Shown: positions 1-8,094, numbered from the stretch's first letter. The stretch: DNA of 20,174 nt from Candidatus Thorarchaeota archaeon (GCA_003345555.1 PRDJ01000021.1:1-20174); one strand, 5' to 3'. Program-made: numbers and translations. The notes: a model not told the origin generated them from the letters alone.

Positions 1-27
1 CTTCCGTTTCTTAGCAGTCTTTGGCAT
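1..27 (-). CDS. 5' fragment of an unidentified protein (MPKTAKKRK...), running off the window start
   Basis: On the minus strand an AGGAGA Shine-Dalgarno precedes ATG at 27-25, the frame is open to the window edge, and a TTAAAA box lies at 73-68. Confidence 0.55.
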
Positions 28-67
28 TGTCCTATCTCCTAGGCGTGAGGCTCTCTCTGTCCTTAGC

Positions 68-73
68 TTTTAA
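68..73 (-). promoter_or_regulatory. TATA-like box (TTAAAA) with A-rich upstream sequence, for the partial CDS starting at 27
   Basis: Minus strand reads caaaagga-TTAAAA, about 40 nt upstream of the SD-preceded ATG. Confidence 0.4.
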
Positions 74-128
74 TCCTTTTGACCTATCATTTGACCGGTT
101 AGCCAGATACCCGTTAGAGCAACTTGGC

Positions 129-425
129 CTAGGGTGTGTCAGTACATTCACAAGGAGCCTTTTTGCACCGAGGGCATACACCGTTGTACTTCTTGGCCAA
201 GGCCGCTGATAGATCCACATTCAGCAAGTTTGCGAAAGAGCATACCCAAGCCAGGACATCTGCCATCTCATCTGCGATTGCTGCATGGTTCTTCCTTCTG
301 AGTACGGCATCGCTCAATTCTCCGAGCTCCTCAAACGTCCTAATCAGAGTCCTGTCGACGCCTCTCGTACTATCTCTCTGATAGTAAATGCGGCGCATCA
401 GTTCCTGTGCTTCTACTATGTCCAT
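129..425 (-). CDS. MazG-like nucleotide pyrophosphohydrolase with C-terminal Cys cluster
   Basis: EELGEL...DEMADV acidic motif of all-alpha NTP-PPases; C-terminal CPRC-x3-PCEC. Confidence 0.85.
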   Translation of the reverse strand: MDIVEAQELMRRIYYQRDSTRGVDRTLIRTFEELGELSDAVLRRKNHAAIADEMADVLAWVCSFANLLNVDLSAALAKKYNGVCPRCKKAPCECTDTP

Positions 426-460
426 GTGAATCCCCTAGATAGTAAACAATGCATCTTTTG

Positions 461-1783
461 CTACTTGAATCTCAAGTGAGCGTACGCAGGTGTCTGTGTA
501 TCGAAGGCGTACTGGACTCTCTGGTAGTTCTTCCTGAAGGTTTCGACTTCAGCCGCTATCTTCTTGACATCTTCGCCTTTCATCACTACACGATGAATGA
601 GCTCAGCTATTGCATCCATCTCAGGCTCCTTCATGCCAAGTCGGGTCATCTCGCTGGTGCCTAGGCGAATACCACCGGGCTTTTTGTAGTCGCGCCCCAT
701 CTTCTTGTCCCATGGAAGCAAGTTTCGATTGATGATTATGTTGGCCTTCTCGAGCTCTTCTTCTACAGTTCGGCCATTCTTCATCGGTGTTTCTGATACA
801 TCAATGAGAACTGTGTGGGACTCAGTGAAACCTTTGTCAGCCGCCACTACTTTCCATCCCCGATTATAGAGCGCTTGAGCAAGTGCCTTTGAGTTCTTGA
901 TGATTTGGTCCGCATACTCTTCTCCGAACTCTGTCATCTCAGCCAAAGCGATAGCCAGACCCGCTACATTGTGCAGATGGTGGTTGCTCAGCATGGCTGG
1001 AAATGCGGCTTGTTTGACACGGTCTGCAAATTCGGGCTTTGCCAGCACTAAGCCGTGTTGTGGCCCGGGCATGGTTTTGTGTGTAGAAGCAGTAACGATG
1101 TCTGCACCCTCCCTTAATGGGTCTTGGAAACGCCCAGCAGCAATCAGGCCGGAAACGTGAGCTGAGTCGTAGCCTATATGCATCCCGAACTCGTCTGCAA
1201 CATCACGAAATTCCTTGACGGGGTGAGGGAAGAGAAAAACGCTTCCGCCAAAGAGCAGGAACTCAGTGTGCTTTCCTTCAGCTTCTAGACTTCTGATGTC
1301 CTTTATGCTCTGATCAACGTCGATGTTGAATTCTTCTTCGTTGAATGCATAGTTGCGAACCTTGTGGCCTCTAACGGCTCCGGCCGTGCCACCGAGGTCT
1401 TCTCTTGCGTGTGAGATATGTCCTCCATGAGCGATTGAGAGTGCCATCATCCTAGCGCCCGGTTGCATCATTGCGGTATACATCATGAGGTTTGCAACCA
1501 CTCCTGAGACAGGGCGCACATCAGCAAACTCAGCTCTGAACAGCTTCTTCGCAAGATCGATGCAAATCAGTTCGACCTGATCGATGTAAGTGCATCCTGC
1601 ATAGACTCGTTCTCCCGGCCATCCTTCTGCATAGCGATCCCGAAAGTCACAGACTATCGCGGACCTTACAGCGGGCGACGAAACGTTTTCCGATGCAATC
1701 AGATTGATGGTCTTAGTCATCCACTTGTCGTGCTGTTCTATCAGGCTGAACACCTTATCGTACAGCTTCTTGTGTTCGCTCAT
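461..1783 (-). CDS. glyA: Serine hydroxymethyltransferase, archaeal type
   Basis: LIASEN, RYAEG, GGHISH, STHKT (PLP lysine), IRLGT motifs. ATG at 1783 (MSEHK) preferred over GTG at 1792. Confidence 0.97.
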   Translation of the reverse strand: MSEHKKLYDKVFSLIEQHDKWMTKTINLIASENVSSPAVRSAIVCDFRDRYAEGWPGERVYAGCTYIDQVELICIDLAKKLFRAEFADVRPVSGVVANLMMYTAMMQPGARMMALSIAHGGHISHAREDLGGTAGAVRGHKVRNYAFNEEEFNIDVDQSIKDIRSLEAEGKHTEFLLFGGSVFLFPHPVKEFRDVADEFGMHIGYDSAHVSGLIAAGRFQDPLREGADIVTASTHKTMPGPQHGLVLAKPEFADRVKQAAFPAMLSNHHLHNVAGLAIALAEMTEFGEEYADQIIKNSKALAQALYNRGWKVVAADKGFTESHTVLIDVSETPMKNGRTVEEELEKANIIINRNLLPWDKKMGRDYKKPGGIRLGTSEMTRLGMKEPEMDAIAELIHRVVMKGEDVKKIAAEVETFRKNYQRVQYAFDTQTPAYAHLRFK

Positions 1784-1837
1784 TTTGCACACACTCTTCT
1801 GGAATTGGGCGGCACTAAGCCGCAGGACGTCACTTCG

Positions 1838-1845
1838 TTATATTA
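1838..1845 (-). promoter_or_regulatory. TATA-like box (TAATATAA) for glyA
   Basis: AT-rich octamer about 55 nt upstream of the glyA ATG, in the divergent glyA/tRNA-Lys intergenic region. Confidence 0.4.
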
Positions 1846-1882
1846 GTTGCGTCATCACTAGACAACGCAACACCGTAACCTC

Positions 1883-1888
1883 TTTAAA
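1883..1888 (+). promoter_or_regulatory. TATA box (TTTAAA) for tRNA-Lys
   Basis: Lies 27-32 nt upstream of tRNA position 1 (1915), typical archaeal spacing. Confidence 0.6.
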
Positions 1889-1914
1889 GTCAACCATGGC
1901 ATCGGACGTTTTGT

Positions 1915-2024
1915 GGGCCAGTGGCTAAGCCAGGTATAGCGACAGGCTCTTACATCTCTTAGCGACCCTGCTGAGAGGCCGAGAAACCTGTTGGTCGGGG
2001 GTTCGAATCCCCCCTGGCCCGCCA
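1915..2024 (+). tRNA. tRNA-Lys(CTT) with 33-nt intron at 37/38 (1953-1985) and encoded CCA
   Basis: Acceptor GGGCCAG/CTGGCCC, D stem GCTA/TAGC, anticodon stem ACAGG/CCTGT, anticodon CTT at 1949-1951, T arm GGGGG-TTCGAAT-CCCCC, G73 then CCA. The intron forms a 9-bp hairpin. Confidence 0.95.
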
Positions 2025-2056
2025 CCGTTACATAATCTTGCGTGCCCGAGAGTGCC

Positions 2057-3277
2057 TTATGATTGACGGTGAGCATGCCGTAATTCATGGTAAAGCAGAA
2101 GCAATTGCTCGGAGTGTTTCTTTAGGTCGAATCGCTTTTCTACGGTTTTGCGCGCGTTCTGTCCAAGTCTGGAACGCAGTCGGGAGTCGCTGAGTAGTTC
2201 CCGGACTGCTTCGGACAGACCTCTCAAGTCGCCCGGTTTCATAGCCAGACCATCATGAGCATGAGTTACTATCTCGGAAGGACCGAAAACACTCGTGGTT
2301 ATTACCGGGACACCACAAGCCATCGCCTCGGTCAATGACAGGCCAAACGCCTCTTCTCTCGATGGGTAAAGAAAGATCCGGACTTCGTTCAGAAGATCAG
2401 GAATCTTTTCGATGGGAACAACCCCAAGATAACTTACCGCACCCATCAGGTCTCTCTTCTTGAGTTCGTCCAAGAACTTCCTGCGATATGACCCTTCACC
2501 TGTAATCACCAAACGAATATCCGGGAATCTGGTCCTTAGAGAGACCATCATGTCCGGCAAGAGATCCACCGCCTTGGCCTGCTCGATTCTTCCAAAGAAC
2601 GCCAGGTCCCAGTGCTTCTTGACCTGACGCTGAGGTCGGAACACAGAGATGTCAACTCCAAGGTAGAGCAGTTGAATTCGATTTACAGAGCGCTCAGGAA
2701 GACGCTCGCGCAACGCAGCTGCCACACACTCACTCACAGCAGTGATTCTATCAAACGGGCAGGACTGAGCGAGCTGTTCATAATCGGTCGTTGTTTCTCC
2801 ACCGGGCAAGACGAGCGTTTTCGGAAGGCCATGGATTGTTGCGAGCACCGGTATACCGCTAAGAATCCCTTGACGACGCAGTCCTTCTAGTACTCTGTTG
2901 AAAACCACGTAGGTGCTATGTGCATGAATCACATCCGGGCTCAAATCGCGGACGAGTGTCCTGAGCTGGCTTGTCAACACGTGAACATCGGCGCTGATGT
3001 CGTTATTGCTGAACATGCTTCTTGCCGCTGAACTCCTCTCATTCTCTGGTAATGAGAGGAACTTCCACTTCCGAGCTTCCAACAGATTTCCCGAAAGATG
3101 AAACAGTCTGTAATGCGGTCGCGCCACGAACTCAGGTGAATCTGTGCTAGGAGACTGAGTCACGACGAAGGCCTCGTGTCCTTCGGATGCGAATACTCTA
3201 GACAGATGATGGAGATAAGACTCGTACCCTCCAACACCCGCAGGATTCAGACTATCGCAGACATGAAGAATCCTCAT
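2057..3277 (-). CDS. Glycosyltransferase family 4 (GT-B fold)
   Basis: GGYESY N-terminal motif, DVIHAH, FFGRIEQAK, EAFGLSLTEAMACG (E-x7-E motif). Confidence 0.93.
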   Translation of the reverse strand: MRILHVCDSLNPAGVGGYESYLHHLSRVFASEGHEAFVVTQSPSTDSPEFVARPHYRLFHLSGNLLEARKWKFLSLPENERSSAARSMFSNNDISADVHVLTSQLRTLVRDLSPDVIHAHSTYVVFNRVLEGLRRQGILSGIPVLATIHGLPKTLVLPGGETTTDYEQLAQSCPFDRITAVSECVAAALRERLPERSVNRIQLLYLGVDISVFRPQRQVKKHWDLAFFGRIEQAKAVDLLPDMMVSLRTRFPDIRLVITGEGSYRRKFLDELKKRDLMGAVSYLGVVPIEKIPDLLNEVRIFLYPSREEAFGLSLTEAMACGVPVITTSVFGPSEIVTHAHDGLAMKPGDLRGLSEAVRELLSDSRLRSRLGQNARKTVEKRFDLKKHSEQLLLLYHELRHAHRQS

Positions 3278-3362
3278 CTATAGAACTCCAGTCTTCAATC
3301 TGCCAAGCATCATCTTAATCTGTCCAGCTCCCGACTGTGTTGATTTGAAGAGGAATTAAGTC

Positions 3363-4451
3363 TTGACCAAGGCTCCCACTACCCACTTGCCGAAGCAAGT
3401 AAGGGACCGTGATATAATTCACGATATAGAAGGACGAGTCTTTGTTACTCTTGGTTACATACAACCGCAAGATCGAACAATCTGTTTCCTTAAGTATGTC
3501 CCGGATTCGGAGGGAGACTGGCATAGTGGGAACACGAGCTACAAGCGCGTTTTCTGGGGCGGGGTCGACTCTGTCATTAAAGGCATGAGCTTGGTGCCAT
3601 CAAGGTATCTCATTGACGATTCTCATTTTCATACTGAGTTACTGGAGCTGCCAAGACGAGACATCGCTCGATACTTCAGTCCTGAGTTGAGATTGAGAGA
3701 GATAATTCGGGAAGGCCCAGTCGACGAGCTCGAAGCAGGGGCCATGCAGTTAGCCGGGATCGTGCATGATACACTCGACATCTCCTTCGACCACCTTGGA
3801 GTCACTGGCAGCATCTCATGGAAGGCTCACAATCCAGAACGTTCAGATATTAACATGAACGTATACGGTTTCAAAGACGCGTGGCGTCTTCAGGAGGGTT
3901 ACAGCGAGATCGTAGAGCAGAACAAGAACGTGCATCTGGGAGGCATTTCCGACAACTGCCTTGGCTCTTCCAAATCCGCCAACAGACTGCCAAAGCCAGT
4001 CTTCAATGCTCTGCAAACACTGTCCTCTCGACGCAGAGAGCTGTACCTGAATGGAAGAGGAATCGGAATAATGCCTGTGCTGTTGCCAACACAGACGCCG
4101 ATAGAATATGGCAGCGAACACTACGTATCGTTGGCTGACACTCCCGTGACTATCAGTATGGAGATCGAAGAATCAGAATACGGAATATTCATGCCGGCAA
4201 TCTATCAGGTCAGTTCAAGGCCGAGTCAGGCAACCCAAGGCAACGTTGTCAAGCGCGTCATGGTCTATGACGGAGTTTTCAGAGGTCTGCTGCAACCCGG
4301 TGACAGGGTTGATGTGACCGGCGTGCTGCAGAAAGTGGAACTCGATTCCAGAAGGCACGGCCGTGAAGGGGAGGGGTTCTATCAAATCATGGTGGGTTCG
4401 AAGAGAGGTTATGGTAAGGAGTTCATTTGCGCTCCTAGACTGGGTGATTAG
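3363..4451 (+). CDS. Predicted nucleotidyltransferase (COG1665/AF1967-like) with probable C-terminal OB-fold
   Basis: RDRD...F-x-KYVPD-x2-G-x-W N-terminus, GVTGS...SDI(N) pol-beta-like motif, G-D-R-V-x-V-x-G C-terminal segment; TTG start. Confidence 0.75.
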   Translation: MTKAPTTHLPKQVRDRDIIHDIEGRVFVTLGYIQPQDRTICFLKYVPDSEGDWHSGNTSYKRVFWGGVDSVIKGMSLVPSRYLIDDSHFHTELLELPRRDIARYFSPELRLREIIREGPVDELEAGAMQLAGIVHDTLDISFDHLGVTGSISWKAHNPERSDINMNVYGFKDAWRLQEGYSEIVEQNKNVHLGGISDNCLGSSKSANRLPKPVFNALQTLSSRRRELYLNGRGIGIMPVLLPTQTPIEYGSEHYVSLADTPVTISMEIEESEYGIFMPAIYQVSSRPSQATQGNVVKRVMVYDGVFRGLLQPGDRVDVTGVLQKVELDSRRHGREGEGFYQIMVGSKRGYGKEFICAPRLGD

Positions 4452-4532
4452 CATTCCTCCAGACTCTATTCAAGGGCGTGCTTAGACAAGCATATCGGAA
4501 GTGTCTTAGGTACTCAACCATAGTCCGGTTCG

Positions 4533-5594
4533 ATGTCTCCTGTGAAGCCCTTCCTCAAAGTGTCCACGAGTCTGGGAGATCGAGTCAGGAAGGCTCTCAT
4601 GCGTGCAGGTCTACTCGATACTGACTACAGAATCGAATCAGAAAGCAACATGCTGTTTTTCCCCTTGCAGCAGAAGCTGGAGACTCATAGGATTCACAGC
4701 ATTGTAGGCAACGAGACGTTTGAGACAGGTGTCAGGCGTTTTGCCTTGGTCTCGCGAACTCCCAGAACGCTTAAGGACGCGCTGGGTGGCAGGCTAACTG
4801 AAGAGGAGGTAGAGCTGCTACCTCGGTCTTACGACCTAGTCGGAGACATAGCTGTGCTTGAAATCCCTGCTGAGATATCACAACACAAGCAGCAGATAGG
4901 CCAAGCATTCCTAACGGCGCACAAGAGCGTCTCGACGGTGCTCGCAAAGAAGGGGGCGGTTTCGGGCATTACTAGAACACGGGAATATGAGTTACTTGCA
5001 GGTGAGAACAGGACAGCAACAGTGCATTTGGAGTATGGATGCAAGATAGCCGTCGACTTGGCCGCTGCCTACTTTAGTCCGAGGTTGCTTGAGGAGCATC
5101 AAAGGGTGGCCAGACAAGTGAATGATGGCGAGCTGGTCGTGGACATGTTCACCGGCGTCGGCTGTTTTGCATTGCACATTGCCCGACTGAGCCGTTCACG
5201 AATTGTAGCGATCGATATCAACCCTGAAGCCATCAGGCTGTTAGAACAGTCCATGAAAATCAATCGCCTCAAGGGTACTATCATTCCCATTGTTGCAGAT
5301 TCGCGCGATTATGTCCTGAACAACTATGATCAGAATGTCAATCGTGTCATCATGAATCATCCCTCAGATTCATCCCAGTTTCTAAGACAAGCCTGCAAAG
5401 CAATCAGGAGAGGTGGAATAATCCACTATTACGAATTTGCTGGAGAACAGAATCCTGAACAACAACTGATTGAGAAAGTCGCGACCCTAATCAAGCGCAA
5501 TGGTAGGGAAGTGTCACAAATAGGGGAAGTGAGACATGTTCGAGAAAGTGCTCCTCGTGAGTACCAGATGGCAATAGACCTAATCATTCGTTGA
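4533..5594 (+). CDS. trm5: tRNA (guanine37-N1)-methyltransferase Trm5 (D1-D2-D3 architecture)
   Basis: PRSYDLVGDIAVL, YFSPRL, DMFTGVGCF SAM-binding motif, DINP, MNHP in place of NLP. Confidence 0.88.
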   Translation: MSPVKPFLKVSTSLGDRVRKALMRAGLLDTDYRIESESNMLFFPLQQKLETHRIHSIVGNETFETGVRRFALVSRTPRTLKDALGGRLTEEEVELLPRSYDLVGDIAVLEIPAEISQHKQQIGQAFLTAHKSVSTVLAKKGAVSGITRTREYELLAGENRTATVHLEYGCKIAVDLAAAYFSPRLLEEHQRVARQVNDGELVVDMFTGVGCFALHIARLSRSRIVAIDINPEAIRLLEQSMKINRLKGTIIPIVADSRDYVLNNYDQNVNRVIMNHPSDSSQFLRQACKAIRRGGIIHYYEFAGEQNPEQQLIEKVATLIKRNGREVSQIGEVRHVRESAPREYQMAIDLIIR

Positions 5595-6009
5595 AGTAAA
5601 GAAGCTCGCACTCGAGTACTGCGCTGGAGTCTCTAAGCCTCCGTACGAACTCACGGTCCAAGTTTGACGCAGCTTTGTCAGCATTCACGAACAGAGTGCG
5701 TCCACAGCGGTACATGCTTCTCCGTGCTACCATGCTCGTGTTGTCCGTGTATGTGAGTCCTGGGTCTCCCCATCCTTGGACTTCCTCAGTCTGATCGTCA
5801 ACAGTCATCTTGAGACAAATACGGGTGTCCTTCTTTCTCGCTAGACTCCTTATCTCGTCATCCAAATCCCTCAGAGTCTGGCTTGCACGGACTGCAATCA
5901 CACACGTTCCGCGTTTAGTTAGGTCACTTTCCGTCGTTATTTCTAGGGTTGTTCTGTGCTCACCAAGGACGTTCGCGTGTCCAGCTGCGTGAAAGTGAAC
6001 GCTACGCAT
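5584..6009 (-). CDS. DUF371 family protein
   Basis: GH-x-NV-x3-H-x-TT-x-E-x-T-x-E-x2-LT-x-RG-x-C and ADKAA motifs. ATG at 6009 (MRSVHF) preferred over 6048. Confidence 0.85.
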   Translation of the reverse strand: MRSVHFHAAGHANVLGEHRTTLEITTESDLTKRGTCVIAVRASQTLRDLDDEIRSLARKKDTRICLKMTVDDQTEEVQGWGDPGLTYTDNTSMVARRSMYRCGRTLFVNADKAASNLDREFVRRLRDSSAVLECELLYFNE

Positions 6010-6032
6010 GACGCTCTGTGCGTTCTCAAGGC

Positions 6033-6038
6033 TTTTAT
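6033..6038. promoter_or_regulatory. Probable TATA element (TTTTAT/ATAAAA) in the 59-bp divergent DUF371/pcm gap
   Basis: The only AT-rich run in the gap; 24-29 nt from the DUF371 ATG and 31-36 nt from the pcm ATG. Confidence 0.4.
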
Positions 6039-6068
6039 CATTGCACATGACACCACATACCGGTTCAT

Positions 6069-6746
6069 ATGCCTGCGGACCGACTGAATACTGAAAAGGA
6101 AAGGCTTGTCCAACGGTTGAAGATGAGTGGTTACCTTAGCAGTGAGAAGGTAGAACGCGCGTTCAGGACGGTACCTCGGGAAGAGTTCGTTCTGCCAGAG
6201 ATGCGGAGCGAGGCGTACTCTGACTCCCCGCTCCCCATTTATTGTGGACAGACAATCTCTGCACCACATATGTGCGTAATTATGTGTGAGGTAATGGACC
6301 TAGAGCCGGGTATGAAAGTAATGGAGATAGGAGCAGGATCGGGCTATCACGCTGCTCTCTGTGCGGAAATCGTTGCCCCTGAAGGCGTCTGGAACCCCGG
6401 CCACATCCATACAATCGAGATTGTTGATGATCTCATCGAATTCGCACGAGCCAATTTGGAACGTACAGGCTACACGAAAAGGGTGACTCTTATCCACGGT
6501 GATGGTGGAAAGGGCATACCCGAACAGGCACCATTCGACCGAATCCTTGTGACTGCCGCTGCACCATCTGTGCCACCGCCACTCTTCGAACAGCTCGCCA
6601 AGAACGGCATGATGCTTGTTCCTGTCGGTGGGCGAGGTTTCTATCAAGAGTTGGTAGTCATCAAGAAGGCTGCAGACGGGAAAATCAATACCAAGAGCTG
6701 GGGTGGCGTCGCTTTCGTCCCTTTAACAGGCGAATATGGATATTGA
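6069..6746 (+). CDS. pcm: Protein-L-isoaspartate O-methyltransferase
   Basis: VPREEF, GQTISAPHM, EIGAGSGY, GDG-x2-G-x-PEQAPFDRI-x-VTAA, VAFVPL. Confidence 0.97.
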   Translation: MPADRLNTEKERLVQRLKMSGYLSSEKVERAFRTVPREEFVLPEMRSEAYSDSPLPIYCGQTISAPHMCVIMCEVMDLEPGMKVMEIGAGSGYHAALCAEIVAPEGVWNPGHIHTIEIVDDLIEFARANLERTGYTKRVTLIHGDGGKGIPEQAPFDRILVTAAAPSVPPPLFEQLAKNGMMLVPVGGRGFYQELVVIKKAADGKINTKSWGGVAFVPLTGEYGY

Positions 6747-6748
6747 GT

Positions 6749-7444
6749 TCAAGTTGCCAGATGAAGAGGAACGAATCTGAGGACCACCGTATCATTTGAG
6801 CCCAAGTTCAGCTTTTTTCTCAGATTGACTGGAGCAATTACCTCCAAAGTATCTTGGCTGTGATGCGTTCTCTGTGCAATGACAATCGCACCCTCGGCCT
6901 TTTCGTTGATCTTGACTCTATAACAGATGACATCGCCGAAGGTTCTGCCGTCAAGATTGAAGCCCTTGACAACCAATGGCGGGCTGTCTTTCATTCTTCC
7001 AACTGCTTTCTGTGATTCCTCATCTGCGACTCTCACATTCAGAGTTCCGGGAAATGGACTGAAACCCAATGCCTCCTTGAAGCGCGAAGAGTAGACCTCT
7101 ACGTAGTAGGCCCCCTCGCCCAAGCCATCCATAACCTGACCCTGAATTACGATTTCTTCGACTGTGGGGGTGATGGCGACTTCAAGGCCCGTGAGTACCT
7201 GCAAGAGTTCATTCCGACCTTTCTCAGTCAGTTCGACCGTTGTGCCATTTGCTGTATGAATTCTGCTAAGATACCCCATTTCCACACAGTGCGTAACACG
7301 CCGAGATGCTGTTTGTTGGCTCACACCCAACAGCTGACCTAGCTGTCGGGTTGTAAGCAGTCTCCGCCGATGCATTGCTCCTGTTCGGGCCAGAGCATAC
7401 AGAGTAAACCATGTCTCAGGATCTATCACTCTTTCGTTCCTCAC
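6749..7444 (-). CDS. ribK: Winged-HTH plus CTP-dependent riboflavin kinase (RbkR-type)
   Basis: N-terminal LGVSQQTASRR HTH; GLGEGAYYV, FPGTLNV, LEVIAP kinase motifs. The GTG start overlaps the nfi stop (GTGA). Confidence 0.92.
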   Translation of the reverse strand: MRNERVIDPETWFTLYALARTGAMHRRRLLTTRQLGQLLGVSQQTASRRVTHCVEMGYLSRIHTANGTTVELTEKGRNELLQVLTGLEVAITPTVEEIVIQGQVMDGLGEGAYYVEVYSSRFKEALGFSPFPGTLNVRVADEESQKAVGRMKDSPPLVVKGFNLDGRTFGDVICYRVKINEKAEGAIVIAQRTHHSQDTLEVIAPVNLRKKLNLGSNDTVVLRFVPLHLAT

Positions 7445-8094
7445 TCCAAATCCTGTGCCAGTGATTTTGCAATCCTGTGGGCCATGAGAAGAGGTTCGGG
7501 GAAGCCAGAGATAGAGGAGGCTCTAACGACACTCAACGCAGTCTCAAGAGCAGTTCTATGTCCCACTGACACGAATATCGGTCTCTTCCTGTTGCCCAGC
7601 CAAAGAGCTGAACCGACAGTCACTCCTGAATCGGATATGTATGCAACGTCACCGCACCGTGGCCCTATCTGGCCGACCAGTAATCCCTTCGCAACGCCAA
7701 TGGTCTGTTTGTCCATTTTCACACCTACGTATGAAGCTAGACCCAGTCTGCGCGGATGCAGGACTCCATTGCCATTGATTAGAATCGGCCCATCACAGTC
7801 GATTGATTTCAGGACCTCTTCAACGACTGGCCCTTCACGAAGCTGGAAGAACCCGGGCACATAGGGTGCAGTGCAGGGCCTTGTCGCTTTTTCAATCCGG
7901 ACCCTCTGGCGTCCAAGCAAGTCCACAACAACGGCACAACCTACGGCCTCACTCCGACTGTATGCGACATCCACGCCTGTGACGAGTGTTCCATCAAACG
8001 GAGGGTCATCATACATTATGACTTCCTTGGCCAACCTCTCTTGTTGGGCTGCAGTCTCTGCTAGTGTATGAGCCAGTTCACCGCTTGCGAACAT
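7441..8094 (-). CDS. nfi: Endonuclease V homologue with Asp>Asn at a catalytic position
   Basis: GVDVAY, PYVPGFFQLRE, I(N)GNG-x-LHPRRLGLAS, TIGVAK, PIFVSVGH, PEPL-x2-AH. Confidence 0.9.
   Translation of the reverse strand: MFASGELAHTLAETAAQQERLAKEVIMYDDPPFDGTLVTGVDVAYSRSEAVGCAVVVDLLGRQRVRIEKATRPCTAPYVPGFFQLREGPVVEEVLKSIDCDGPILINGNGVLHPRRLGLASYVGVKMDKQTIGVAKGLLVGQIGPRCGDVAYISDSGVTVGSALWLGNRKRPIFVSVGHRTALETALSVVRASSISGFPEPLLMAHRIAKSLAQDLE

Noticed and set aside
1858-2088. 76-aa minus-strand ORF
   Set aside because: It is the antisense shadow of tRNA-Lys; GGFEP is the typical translation of a reversed T arm.
1915-3277. Glycosyltransferase next to a tRNA 3' end as a possible integrated island
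   Set aside because: No integrase, no duplicated tRNA 3' end (att site) and no obvious compositional shift in the window.
7370-7864. 164-aa plus-strand ORF
   Set aside because: It lies antisense to nfi and ribK, which have strong family motifs; it has no motif or SD of its own.
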